Virus record (IMG/VR): IMGVR_UViG_3300044647_001578
Location: 1-64,000 of that record
Direction: 5' to 3' (one strand)
From: a virus
Taxonomy: Duplodnaviria > Caudoviricetes
DNA: 64,000 nucleotides
The notes beneath the pieces are model-generated. The model did no database searches and was not told the DNA's origin. It worked only from the letters and a program-made list of their open reading frames with translations. Positions 26,029 to 36,300 of this stretch are shown here, in pieces. Both the position numbers and the translations under genes were made by a program. Every line of letters starts with the position of its first letter. The stretch's first letter is position 1.

Positions 26029-26652
26029 CTACCTCCCCATTGAATTAGTTAGAGGGTGGCCAGATGGAACATATCCTTTTGGAACCTTTATCATGTGGTA
26101 TATATGATTTGGCCAAGCATAATACTTTTCACTTAAAACTTCTTTAGTTGAATGTTTGCAATGATCTTCTGGACTATGGAATATCAGGTCGCCTTTCAAT
26201 GGCTTGTATACAATGTCTTGATCCTCATAGTAAAATTCTCCGCCTTCAAAATCATTAAAGAATATATACATTCCCATGTCAATGCCGTCTGCGTAGTCGA
26301 ACTCTTCGCCATCAACATAAAGTGCTGAGGCCTTTGATGCCTCTAGAAACTCTGAGTTGTCAGAATGTGCATATCTTTTAGTACCTTGTAATAATTTGTG
26401 AGGATGAATATTTGTGCCAACAAAATACCCGTCGTGTAGAAGAGATTGAATCCTAGATCTAATTTCTTGCAAACTCTCAACGCCCTTTTCTTCTATTACC
26501 TTAAACCTTTTCTCAGGGTGCGGCTGCCAGTAGTCTTCTGGGGGGAGGCTATCTAGGTACAGTGTTACCGAGTCAGATTCTTCGGGGCTCATGAAATTAC
26601 GATATACATATATGTCTTCGCCAATTTTTTCAAATAAATCTTTATTGAACAT
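26029..26652 (-). CDS. 2OG-Fe(II) oxygenase (copy 5), between terminase genes
   Basis: HSD...FNDFEGG...KHST; terminal Arg not obvious. Confidence 0.75.
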   Translation of the reverse strand: MFNKDLFEKIGEDIYVYRNFMSPEESDSVTLYLDSLPPEDYWQPHPEKRFKVIEEKGVESLQEIRSRIQSLLHDGYFVGTNIHPHKLLQGTKRYAHSDNSEFLEASKASALYVDGEEFDYADGIDMGMYIFFNDFEGGEFYYEDQDIVYKPLKGDLIFHSPEDHCKHSTKEVLSEKYYAWPNHIYHMIKVPKGYVPSGHPLTNSMGR

Positions 26653-27190
26653 TGGTTATCACTTCTGCGTCGTGAATATTTACTGACTCAACTATGCCAG
26701 TAATCTGAGATAGCCTCTTTGCAACATCCATTTTACATTTAGGGCAACCAGCAGTAACTTCTTTTAAAATTCCAACTAAAACTTCTTGTTTACGTTCTGT
26801 CTCGGCAATCTGAGATGCTATTTGTGTATTCTCTAATACTCCCACTGACTGAAGCATTGCTATTCTTTTGGTTTCAATATCTGCAATAAGCTTTAGGGCA
26901 CTCGCTTTCACGCTTAGCTGCCCCTGGGTGTCCGCATCTTCTACAGTCTTCCAGGCTTCTTTAATTAGCATCGCATAGTGCTGATCTGCTCCAGAGATAG
27001 CTTCACGAGCACGGTCACGGATATTGCTATCATTATGGACTACAGACTTCCATTCGTCAACATATTCCAGGACTTCTTTTCTAGAGAAACCAGTGAGTGT
27101 TGCTATCTGTGTTGCAGAATTTCCCTTTAGAAGTTCTTCCACAACCTTATTCATGCGGTCAAAATGTACCGCTGGCTCTATTTCGCTCAT
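26642..27190 (-). CDS. putative terminase small subunit (HTH)
   Basis: N-terminal HTH GNSATQIATLTGFSRKEV, helical body, position upstream of terL. Confidence 0.55.
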   Translation of the reverse strand: MSEIEPAVHFDRMNKVVEELLKGNSATQIATLTGFSRKEVLEYVDEWKSVVHNDSNIRDRAREAISGADQHYAMLIKEAWKTVEDADTQGQLSVKASALKLIADIETKRIAMLQSVGVLENTQIASQIAETERKQEVLVGILKEVTAGCPKCKMDVAKRLSQITGIVESVNIHDAEVITNVQ

Positions 27191-27217
27191 AATTAAATTA
27201 TACCACGTTTTAGTTGA

Positions 27218-27544
27218 CTAAGACTTGTTGGCAATTTTAAGAAGTATTAGGTATCCAATTAGATCATCAATATCATTATCGCCAGGGAATGCTTTATCGT
27301 TTTGAATTCTATTTAATTTATCATCAATGCGGACACGAATCTGTTCTGTTGAGTCCGCCTTTGAAAATATACGAATTGGATCTAGTGCTGAGTTTCCATA
27401 TGAGATATTTTTCTTTATAAGCATCTCTGCAATCTCTAAACACTCTCTAATGATCTTGTGGCCAGAAGGAGCATCTGTTGCAATTAACTGAAGGTCTGTT
27501 ATCCAAGCCTGATATCCACCATCTTTATTTGGGTACTCGCTCAT
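27218..27544 (-). CDS. nucleotide modification associated domain 1 (DUF1599-like) protein
   Basis: KKNISYG...RIDDKLNR...DLIGY. Confidence 0.75.
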   Translation of the reverse strand: MSEYPNKDGGYQAWITDLQLIATDAPSGHKIIRECLEIAEMLIKKNISYGNSALDPIRIFSKADSTEQIRVRIDDKLNRIQNDKAFPGDNDIDDLIGYLILLKIANKS

Positions 27545-27687
27545 TTTTTTCTCAACAATCCAAACTCTTGTAAATATCTCTGTATAGTCATAGCAGAGAC
27601 CCCGCACTCTTTACCTATTTCTGTAACTGTTTTCTTTTGAACTATGTATCTCCTATATAGCCAATCTTTACTTTGATAAAGTTTCAT
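27541..27687 (-). CDS. 48-aa HTH DNA-binding protein (not in ORF track)
   Basis: WLYRRY...TVTEIGKECGVSAMTIQRYL; ATGA overlaps at both ends. Confidence 0.75.
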   Translation of the reverse strand: MKLYQSKDWLYRRYIVQKKTVTEIGKECGVSAMTIQRYLQEFGLLRKK

Positions 27688-28250
27688 CGCTTAGTAAGTA
27701 CCTGGTTGCTATAGTGTGCAATCCCAAAGCTATCCGCAACATCAAAATCTATAATTTCTAAACCATATTTCTTATTAAAGTAGTCAGCAGTTCTTTGCTT
27801 TCTCATATTTCTTAACTGATTTTTATACCAAGATTCAGCATAGCCTGGATTAGCCAATCTTATTGCAGACTTCTCATCCTTCGTAGGATTTTTGTTGCCA
27901 ATGTACGCCTGCCACGAGGATGGACTAATAGTAATAACCTTAGCACCAGTAGACATAAGCTCAGCAATAACAACTCCATAGACATAGGACAATTTTATCA
28001 CAGCATCAGGTGATCTGACAAGTATGGCACCTTCAACAGCAATATAATCACTCTTAAGTTCATCTAACATCATGGCCATTTTATTTTTAGCGTCGTGAAT
28101 TTTTTCATATATATCTTCGCCTACAAGATTAATCTTTCCCCATTTAAGAGGAACATCATCCTCCATTAAACAAAAAGCTATAGAGTTAGTTGAGGCATCT
28201 ATGCCTAAAACCCTATTTGCTTTTGTCTTTATTAGGCTAGCTAATTTCAT
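27684..28250 (-). CDS. RuvC-like resolvase
   Basis: LGIDAST...AVEG...DVADS. Confidence 0.8.
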   Translation of the reverse strand: MKLASLIKTKANRVLGIDASTNSIAFCLMEDDVPLKWGKINLVGEDIYEKIHDAKNKMAMMLDELKSDYIAVEGAILVRSPDAVIKLSYVYGVVIAELMSTGAKVITISPSSWQAYIGNKNPTKDEKSAIRLANPGYAESWYKNQLRNMRKQRTADYFNKKYGLEIIDFDVADSFGIAHYSNQVLTKR

Positions 28251-28515
28251 CTACAATGTCTTTCAAAAGCTTTCTTGATTTTAAATTTGTTTCTTTTACG
28301 CAAGAAGAACATATGTCCTCAGAGTTATACCTGCTAAGCTGAGCCTTGCATTTTTTGCAGAGCCTTACTGCACCCTTTTTAATTGCTTTTTTCTCATAAT
28401 ACTTTTGCATAATTCTTTTGTTTGTTGCAACCCTGCAGCACTCGTCAGAACAATACTTCTGGTTGTGTGTCTTGGAGTCAAAGTCTTTAGCGCATTCTGT
28501 ATTGGCACAAATCAT
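28237..28515 (-). CDS. Cys-rich Zn-binding protein
   Basis: Four Cys pairs including KYCSDEC. Confidence 0.7.
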   Translation of the reverse strand: MICANTECAKDFDSKTHNQKYCSDECCRVATNKRIMQKYYEKKAIKKGAVRLCKKCKAQLSRYNSEDICSSCVKETNLKSRKLLKDIVDEIS

Positions 28516-29303
28516 ATTTTTGGAACCTTATAAAGATCTATTTCAACAGTACCGATTGGACCTGATTTGTCATAACAGGCCTTCTTGACTGGACAATATG
28601 TGCAAGGCATCTTAGACTTGGTTGATCCTTCTGGTCTTACTGGTAGGTCTCCATTTTGAAAGTTATCCCAGACCTGCCCCATCCAAGCAAATGCTTCTTC
28701 AATAATCGCTTTATTCTTTTCATTCATTGAAATTGGAATAATCAATATCTCTTGAGTGTTCTTGTTTTCATACAGGAAAAATCCCTCTTTGGCATTTTTT
28801 AATTTCATATAGGTTAATAGCTGAAGCATATGGTTTGCTGATGACTTCATCTCTGATTGTCTTGTATCCCAAACTTCTTGCTTTGCCGTTTTGATTTCAC
28901 CAATTACAGTCTCGCCATCATACTCCATAATTAAATCTATAAAGCCTCTAATTGGAGGATACTCATTAATAATTTCTTCTTCTTCTGCTCTCCATTCTGG
29001 CATAGTGGCAATAAGTTTTTGAAGTCTTTCGTGGGCTTGAGTTCCCTGTGCCATATTTGCAACTGCAACGGCATCATTATCATCAATAAATACTGCACCA
29101 GAAAATGCCATGTACCAATATCTGGGACACGTTCCATGTCCATAACCAAGTGAGCTTGGGCTAAATGACTTCTTTGTCATCTGTCCGTCTGCTCTCTTGG
29201 TATTGCGATATGACTCGTCAAGTAATGAGGCAAACTTTTCTGGATCAAAGAACTTTCCAGTATGCTTTTTAAACTTAAGATTCTTTACAATATCTCTGGC
29301 CAT
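28512..29303 (-). CDS. Cas4-like PD-(D/E)xK exonuclease
   Basis: CPR, GTQAH, D...EIK, QLLTY, CTYCP....C. Confidence 0.85.
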   Translation of the reverse strand: MARDIVKNLKFKKHTGKFFDPEKFASLLDESYRNTKRADGQMTKKSFSPSSLGYGHGTCPRYWYMAFSGAVFIDDNDAVAVANMAQGTQAHERLQKLIATMPEWRAEEEEIINEYPPIRGFIDLIMEYDGETVIGEIKTAKQEVWDTRQSEMKSSANHMLQLLTYMKLKNAKEGFFLYENKNTQEILIIPISMNEKNKAIIEEAFAWMGQVWDNFQNGDLPVRPEGSTKSKMPCTYCPVKKACYDKSGPIGTVEIDLYKVPKI

Positions 29304-29642
29304 TTATGAGTTGTACCTAACGACATACTTAAGTGCATCTACAAGTTTGTCTATGGACTCCTTTACTGAATAGTAAACGTTCTTCTTGTTGTTATTTACA
29401 GTTCCCGCTTTATCTTTAGCGATAGTTGAATACACAGAAGACATTACGGCAAACTTGGTGGACATTGCTTGAAGTTCCATAATAAGCACAGGAGCTTTTG
29501 CTGATGGGACATCTGGTGTCATCAATAGCTTTACAACAATAGCCAATGCTTTGTCTAAGTGCTCATCCTGCATATACTCATGCAGGTCGTTGAACTCTGT
29601 TATATCACTAATTAATTGAAGTGTGTTTTTATCTTCCGCCAT
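29304..29642 (-). CDS. hypothetical protein
   Basis: GAGG RBS before ATG 29642. Confidence 0.7.
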   Translation of the reverse strand: MAEDKNTLQLISDITEFNDLHEYMQDEHLDKALAIVVKLLMTPDVPSAKAPVLIMELQAMSTKFAVMSSVYSTIAKDKAGTVNNNKKNVYYSVKESIDKLVDALKYVVRYNS

Positions 29643-29729
29643 TTTTAATCCTCTTGTCCCACTTGTCAATGAATAGTCCGACTGGATACCCAATAATAAA
29701 TCCTACCATTAATCCAAATAAAAACATAG

Positions 29730-30434
29730 TCATTTTAAATTGCCCTCAAACTCAGTTACGTTCATCTTTAGATTGTCAACCTCATGTTTCCCTATCTTGT
29801 TTCCCTTATGATCTATTGCTTTTTTGTACATCTTTAGCCTTGGCTTATCTGCTGACACTGCTCTTTGAATTTCATCTAAGTAGTCTTGAGTGTCTTGAAT
29901 TCTTTTATCTGAGGGGTAGACCTCATTCAAAACATTAATGTTAGAGTCTTGAAATTGTGCAATTGATACTGGTAGTATGCATGCTACATCTGTTCCAGCC
30001 TTTACAAAATATTCTTTGTTTGCTTCGTGAAGCTTCCATACAATTGGAAATGATCCTGTAAATATAGATGATGATAAAACAGTTGTTATAACTTCAGCAC
30101 CTTCAATGAATTGATTTGGTACTGGCATAGTAAGTATGCTTACATCTGGGTCTGTTCTAAATATTAAATTAGTGTTGAAACTTACGGTTCCCTCTCCTCT
30201 GCCAGACCATACATGTTCACTTCCAAGTATCGCTTTCGCTGGGTTCTTTCTATCTCCGTCCCAGACAAATGAAATATCTTGGTCAAAATAAATTCCATAC
30301 CCAAGAGAGTTTGCTGCCATTATTGGAGTACAGTTATATGTAACGGAGTGCATCCAGTCTCTCTTTGGGGGCAACTGTCTTATTTTTGCTGATAGGTCCC
30401 TGTGGTTGTCTCTGTATGCATTAATCGTGTACAT
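29730..30434 (-). CDS. DUF6065-like protein
   Basis: RDWM...YNCTP...ANSLG, PVPN. Confidence 0.6.
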   Translation of the reverse strand: MYTINAYRDNHRDLSAKIRQLPPKRDWMHSVTYNCTPIMAANSLGYGIYFDQDISFVWDGDRKNPAKAILGSEHVWSGRGEGTVSFNTNLIFRTDPDVSILTMPVPNQFIEGAEVITTVLSSSIFTGSFPIVWKLHEANKEYFVKAGTDVACILPVSIAQFQDSNINVLNEVYPSDKRIQDTQDYLDEIQRAVSADKPRLKMYKKAIDHKGNKIGKHEVDNLKMNVTEFEGNLK

Positions 30435-30735
30435 TGTTTGTCTCCCAACATTCTATTAGTTGCTCTAGCATTGCCCACTCTATTACTGCAAGCCTTGTCT
30501 TTGATCCGTCTGAGCCAAGCACTAGCTTTAGTACTGGGCTTTTGTCCCTACTCACCTTAAATGTGTCAGTACATATCTTTGACCACATTGATTTAGATAT
30601 AGATATAGACTTTGAGTATTCTTTATAATCTACAACAAAATTATGCCAGACGGCATCTCCTTTTTGATAATCTCCACGACCTGAATTCTTTTGGCCTTTG
30701 GCGCCATCCCTTTTTATTTCTGATCGCTCTGACAT
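30421..30735 (-). CDS. Holliday-junction-resolvase-like PD-(D/E)xK nuclease
   Basis: E...SG...KGD...VDYK. Confidence 0.6.
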   Translation of the reverse strand: MSERSEIKRDGAKGQKNSGRGDYQKGDAVWHNFVVDYKEYSKSISISKSMWSKICTDTFKVSRDKSPVLKLVLGSDGSKTRLAVIEWAMLEQLIECWETNNVHD

Positions 30736-31559
30736 TAATTCCCACTCTCAACTGCAATTTCATCAGTAGATATCCTTATCAGCTGCATATCTTTATCGAC
30801 ATACTCTGATTCAGTCATTATGCCATCAGACTCTACAGTATATTTGCTTTCCCACACTATATTTTTATCTGAAACATAATCTAAAAATGTTCTTGCAAAA
30901 TATCGATTGGCATTAAAGTATTGTTTTACTCCATGATAAAACGGCTCAGTTGATGGCATTATTACTGCATCACCTGGCATTGGCTTATACTTATAGCTTT
31001 TTTTAGAAATATCATCATAGACACAAATTTCTCCACCGTCATAACTATTATTTAAATAAAAGTTTATTGTTGCTACGTGCCTTCTAAATTTAATTTCGTT
31101 TGGTATCGGAAGCTCATCAATATGATAGGCCATCATAAGCTTATCTGGTGGTCCATTGAACTTCTTTTCTTTTTCATACTCATATTTAAAGTAATCCACA
31201 TGTATGGACTTCTCAATAGAGTTTAGCTTGTCCCAATTTAATATGAAGTCTGGCCAAGTTCCAGACTCTTTAAATTCTTTAAAGTAATCTTTATTTATAA
31301 ATTCAGTTATATCATAAATTTCTTTTAAATACTTTTTTTCTTTAATTGCGATATCAGTGCCTGAGTCTAAACTGAGGCCACTATCAAATAGCATCCCTCT
31401 TCTTTGGCCCTGCTCATACCAATCCCTCCAGGGATCAAGAATAGAATCTACGTTGTCTTCTTCCAACAGATCAATTAGCTCTTGGCTATATTTAAATATG
31501 TTTTTGTACACAACTATTTGAGGAGCAATTATTATCTTTTCTATATTTTCGTATGACAT
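30735..31559 (-). CDS. 2OG-Fe(II) oxygenase (copy 6)
   Basis: HID...YLNNSYDGG...YHGV...RY. Confidence 0.85.
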   Translation of the reverse strand: MSYENIEKIIIAPQIVVYKNIFKYSQELIDLLEEDNVDSILDPWRDWYEQGQRRGMLFDSGLSLDSGTDIAIKEKKYLKEIYDITEFINKDYFKEFKESGTWPDFILNWDKLNSIEKSIHVDYFKYEYEKEKKFNGPPDKLMMAYHIDELPIPNEIKFRRHVATINFYLNNSYDGGEICVYDDISKKSYKYKPMPGDAVIMPSTEPFYHGVKQYFNANRYFARTFLDYVSDKNIVWESKYTVESDGIMTESEYVDKDMQLIRISTDEIAVESGN

Positions 31560-31560
31560 T

Positions 31561-31755
31561 TTATCCCAACCTATGTACTGACTCATGTCCTTGTGAACAA
31601 GTCCATTTCATTATTAAATTTACAGGATCCCACAACCCGCCATCTACATCAATATCACATTTAGAGCATGGCTTAATTCCTTGAAGAGTTTCAAATGTAG
31701 AGTTGATTTCTTCTGGCTCATCTTTCTTTAAAAATTCATTAAGATTTGGCATCAA
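31561..31755 (-). CDS. small Zn-ribbon protein
   Basis: CSKC...CSQGH. Confidence 0.65.
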   Translation of the reverse strand: MMPNLNEFLKKDEPEEINSTFETLQGIKPCSKCDIDVDGGLWDPVNLIMKWTCSQGHESVHRLG

Positions 31756-32743
31756 TGTCCTTGATTAACTTATCAACAACATCTGGGTTGTCTCTTAAAT
31801 AGTTAACTGCCTTTGCACGTCCTTGAAGTCTTTCTCCATTAACTGTGTACCAAGCTCCGCCCTTTTCGATTGCTCCAACCATCTCAGCAACATCTAAAGT
31901 TTCTCCAACTAAATCTACTCCAAGCGATTCTCCTTGATAGTAGAAGTCGTATTGTCCAGATAGGTTAGGGGGGCCGAGTTTGTTGTAATCAATAATCCAA
32001 TTGACTGGTCTGCCAACTCTTTGTTCAATAATCTTGTCACCAACTTTAACACCAGCTTTGATAGCATTAGCTTCAGCCTCAGAAGACCAAAGCTTAATGA
32101 CGGTGGAAGAGAAGAACTTGACTGCCATTCCTCCTGTCGGTATGTGGGAGGCATGCATAGATCCAAACTGATTTCTCTGTTGTGAGATGAGTACCAATAA
32201 TGTGTTCTTGTTTGCATAGTTTAACATCTTGACTGCGTGAGTCATATCCTTTGCTTCAGCGCCGATTTGCTTTGTGTCTTGCAAATCTTTCATTTCATTT
32301 CCATCTTTTTCAAAATAAATAGCTGGTAGTAATGCTGATATAGAATCAACTACAATAATATCAACACCTGCATCCATTAGCTTGGTAGCAACATCGACCA
32401 TATCATTAACTGTTTTAGCTGGTGAGTAGATAAGGGAAGACGAATCTACTCCAAGCATCTCTGCCCAAGCCTGATCGTAGGATGCTTCAGCATCAATCCA
32501 TGCACAAGTCTTACCTTCTTTTTGTGCAATCGCAATCATCTGTAAACAGAATGAAGATTTTCCCGCTGACTTATTGCCCCAAACAAGAACCTGTCTTCCG
32601 TAGCCAAGCCCACCTTTTAAGGCCATGTTAAGGCCAATGCTTGGCGTCTTTTGCTTTTCTACTTTTACGTCTTGTGCTGCTTTAACTCTTGCTCTTGTTT
32701 TTGGATCTAGTGCTGCTAGGATATCGTCTATCGCTATAGTCAT
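31739..32743 (-). CDS. recA: RecA-like recombinase
   Basis: GNKSAGKS, IDAE, VVDS, TGGMAVKF, GAWY. Confidence 0.92.
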   Translation of the reverse strand: MTIAIDDILAALDPKTRARVKAAQDVKVEKQKTPSIGLNMALKGGLGYGRQVLVWGNKSAGKSSFCLQMIAIAQKEGKTCAWIDAEASYDQAWAEMLGVDSSSLIYSPAKTVNDMVDVATKLMDAGVDIIVVDSISALLPAIYFEKDGNEMKDLQDTKQIGAEAKDMTHAVKMLNYANKNTLLVLISQQRNQFGSMHASHIPTGGMAVKFFSSTVIKLWSSEAEANAIKAGVKVGDKIIEQRVGRPVNWIIDYNKLGPPNLSGQYDFYYQGESLGVDLVGETLDVAEMVGAIEKGGAWYTVNGERLQGRAKAVNYLRDNPDVVDKLIKDIDAKS

Positions 32744-32773
32744 TTATTCTCTTTCTTTTATACAATTATATCA

Positions 32774-33166
32774 TTAAAATAAATTGCCGTGAAGCTTTGG
32801 CCTTTCTTTATTAATTTCCATTTTTTTAAATAAAACTTCATCTAAACTATGTTCTACAAAACCACCGTTACGCATTGATGCGTATAGGTCAAGAGTTCTA
32901 ATTAAGATGTCAACCATCTCTTCTACGATTTCTTCAGACCCTTTATTCTTTCTTATAGCTTCAAGAACTTCAGTTACCTCAGAGTGTATTAAAGCCAACT
33001 TGTTTCCAAATACGTCAAAGTTTTTTGGCTTATCCCAAAACCCCTTTTCAATTGCAGTCTCGTGCAATAATGCTGCAAGTACGTCTAGCCCATAGTCTGT
33101 GACTAGTACCATCTCACCTTTACTCGAAGTCTGTAATGAGCTGGTCGTTATTGAACCCTGATTCAT
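32774..33166 (-). CDS. MazG-like nucleotide pyrophosphohydrolase
   Basis: SEVTEVLE...EEMVD; alternative start 33112. Confidence 0.8.
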   Translation of the reverse strand: MNQGSITTSSLQTSSKGEMVLVTDYGLDVLAALLHETAIEKGFWDKPKNFDVFGNKLALIHSEVTEVLEAIRKNKGSEEIVEEMVDILIRTLDLYASMRNGGFVEHSLDEVLFKKMEINKERPKLHGNLF

Positions 33167-33371
33167 TTTTTCCTTTTAGCGTAAATGTAAATGTCTGATC
33201 ATCTGAATTGTAATCAACCTTAAGCTCTTGGTCATCTGTTGCAGCATTCATAAATAAATCTGTGGACACTGTGATTGTGCCAAGCGTCTCTAGTGCCGCA
33301 ATTAAAATCTTTGGTACGCTAAGGGCACCAAATATATCCTCTGCTGTGCTCACTTTAATGTCTTCTGTCAT
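33120..33371 (-). CDS. hypothetical protein
   Basis: ATGA overlap with dnaE, AAGGAG RBS. Confidence 0.7.
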   Translation of the reverse strand: MTEDIKVSTAEDIFGALSVPKILIAALETLGTITVSTDLFMNAATDDQELKVDYNSDDQTFTFTLKGKNESGFNNDQLITDFE

Positions 33372-36300
33372 CTTATCTCCTTGATATTTAGCGTTCCGTC
33401 ATCTAGTTTAGCTAACGTCACCTTGCATTTCATTCCTTCTCGCATTTTTGCTAAAGTCATTTTATACATTGCTGGGAAAGCAATTGCTCTTGTTAACTTT
33501 TTGTCTCTATCTGACAACACAATGTGGCTCATTTGCTTTCCAGCCTTTGTTGTATAAGGTGTAAAGTTTACCACAATGTACTCGTCTTCTTCAAGATCGT
33601 AGCTCTTTCTATATAAATAGTCTACAAATAAATCATTGGAGTCTGGATTAATATCTGATACCTTAATGTATCTGGATATTCTATTATCTCCGACCAAAAC
33701 AAAGTACATCTGACCAGTTTCAATTTGAGTTTGCTCGGTATGGAATAATCCAACGGACCCAGTTTCATCTACAAGCTCTACTCTTGCCCACCCATTTCCA
33801 CGCTTGATTGACTTCACCATTCCAAACATTACAAATGAACCAAGGTCATCAAACTCTTCAATTGGTCTTGCCTGAGCTTTAATCCTTGGAGGGATTCCTT
33901 CAAGATTAAATGTTGGAATACCTAAGTATTCGTAGTAATTGTCTTTTTCATTTCCTTGCCTTTTGTTATCAGTAAACGCAGCACCGCCGATGGAGTTAAG
34001 AGCAGCAATAGCACGGCTATTAATGCCAGAACCCTTTTTCGATGCCTTATCAATAAAGTCAGCATAGTCACTGAACGGTCTTCTTTCTATTATTTTGTTT
34101 GCAATGCTGTCTGAAATAAACTTTACTTCAGCCAATCCAAATCTAATTGCATTATCTTGTAAAGAAAAGTAAACCTGGGACTCATTGATATGAGGTAGCA
34201 GTACCTTTAGCCCAAGTCTTTTTGACTCAATTAAATATTCTGTTCTTGCGTCTTTGTCATTTTCATTTTTAAGAATTGAAAACATGAACTCAAGTGGGTA
34301 ATAAAACTTAAGCCAAGCAGTATAATAACTAAGCATAGAGTAAGCAACAGCATGGGAGCGGTTAAAAGAATAACCAGCATGCGCTTCAAAATCATGCCAT
34401 AGCGCTTCGGCTTTTTTCTTAGTAATGTGTTCTGAAGCCCCAGCAATAAACTTATCCTTGAATTGGTCAAATTCTTTTGCATCTTTTTTCTTTCCAATAA
34501 TCTTGCGGACCTTATCAGCCTCTGCCCAAGTCATGCCGCCCAAGTGTACGCATGCCTGCATAACTTGCTCTTGATATATGATAACACCATATGTGTTCTC
34601 GGTAAAAGGCTTCATGATTGTGTGCATATAGTCCACAGCTTCATTGCCATTCTTTCGGCTAATGTACGCTGCACCTACTGTATTCATCGCACCAGGACGA
34701 ACAAGTGCATTAGAAGCAGCAAGATCTTCAAACTTGTCTATACCCATTTTAATCAAAAGGTTTGTGTATGGAGTTGCTTCTGCTTGGAATACACCCTTTG
34801 TATACCCGTCGTTTAGCATCTTGTAAACATTGGCGTCATCCATAGTCATTTCGGAAAGATTGATTGTCTTGCCATGCCTATCTTTAATTGACTTTAATGT
34901 ATCAGAGATCACAGATAAAGTCTTAAGACCTAGTGCATCTAGCTTAATAAGACCTATATCTGCAACCGTATCCATATCGTATGCGACGACTGGAATTCTT
35001 CCTGATACTTTATCTTGAGAGTCTTCACGAGATTCAACTGGTGCAAACTTTCTTAAATCATCTTTTGCAACAACTACACCAGCAGCGTGTACGCCTACTG
35101 ATCTGATTCTTCCACGAAGTCTATCGGCAAGCCAAACAACTTCTGGGTAGCGCATTCTAAATTCTTTTGTATTTGGAGAATCTATAAAGTCTTCAAATGT
35201 ATCTACAGATTTTAGTGCACGATTAACTTCTTGAAGAGGAACCATAAATACACGAGCAGCATCTCTAACAACACCCTTATCTTTAAAATAAGTGTATGTA
35301 GAAATAGAAGCAACGTGCTTGAACCTTTTCTTTAAATAATCTTTAACTTCTTTTCTTCTGCGGTCTTCAAAGTCAGTATCAATATCTGGAAAGTCATTAC
35401 GCTCTTCATTAATAAATCTAAAGAACAGTAGGTCGTACTTAATTGGATCCACATCAGTAATTCCTAATGTATAACAAACTAAAGATCCAGCGGCAGAACC
35501 ACGCCCAGGCCCAACCATAATATTATTTTCTTTAGCCCAATTAATCATATCTCCAACAACAAGGAAGTACGAAGCAAAATTTTTCTTGGCAATAATCCCA
35601 AGCTCTTCGTTAAGCCTGTCCGTATAAATAGGGTCTGAAGCCTTCTGAAGCCTCTCTAAGCCCTTTTCAGCCAACTCTCTTAGTCTTTCATCAGCATCAG
35701 TTTTTGGGACTGGCAGGAGGTCTAGGCCCTGATAGAAGTCATAATCTCCAACCTTATCAGCAATTTCCATTGTATTGTCATAGATGTCTGTTCGATTAAT
35801 TCCAGCCTTATTAAAGTCTGCCTCTATTTCAGAACGGCTCTGAATAAATAAATTCATATCTTGAAATGAGATTCTTCGATCAGGATAAAGATAGTTAAAT
35901 CTATCTAACATGTCCTTCATATTTCTAGACATATCAAAATCCATATCCTTGTCAGCTTTTGGAGATGTAGAGAGAATAAGTAATGCTTCTTCTAGTATTC
36001 TATCTTCTTCTTTAGCAAAGTGAGCGTCTCCAGTTGCCACCGCCTTAATTTTAAGCTCGTCAGCAAGATCAAGAAGAGCAGCATTTATTTCTGGCGGATT
36101 ATGAGATTGAACCTCCACATAAAAATCTTCTTGAAAAGTTTGCTTAAAGTCTTTGAGTATAAGCCTTGCTTCTCCCAATTCGCCTTTTTCGATGCACTTA
36201 CTAATAAGACCATTAAGGCATCCGCTAAGGACAATAATACCTTCCGCATATTCTTTTAAAACCTCTCTGTCAATTCTAGGCTTATGATAAAAGCCTTCGT

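Noticed and set aside
28512-29303. CRISPR-Cas system suggested by the Cas4-like gene
   Set aside because: No array or other cas genes; solo Cas4-like nucleases are common in phage recombination modules.
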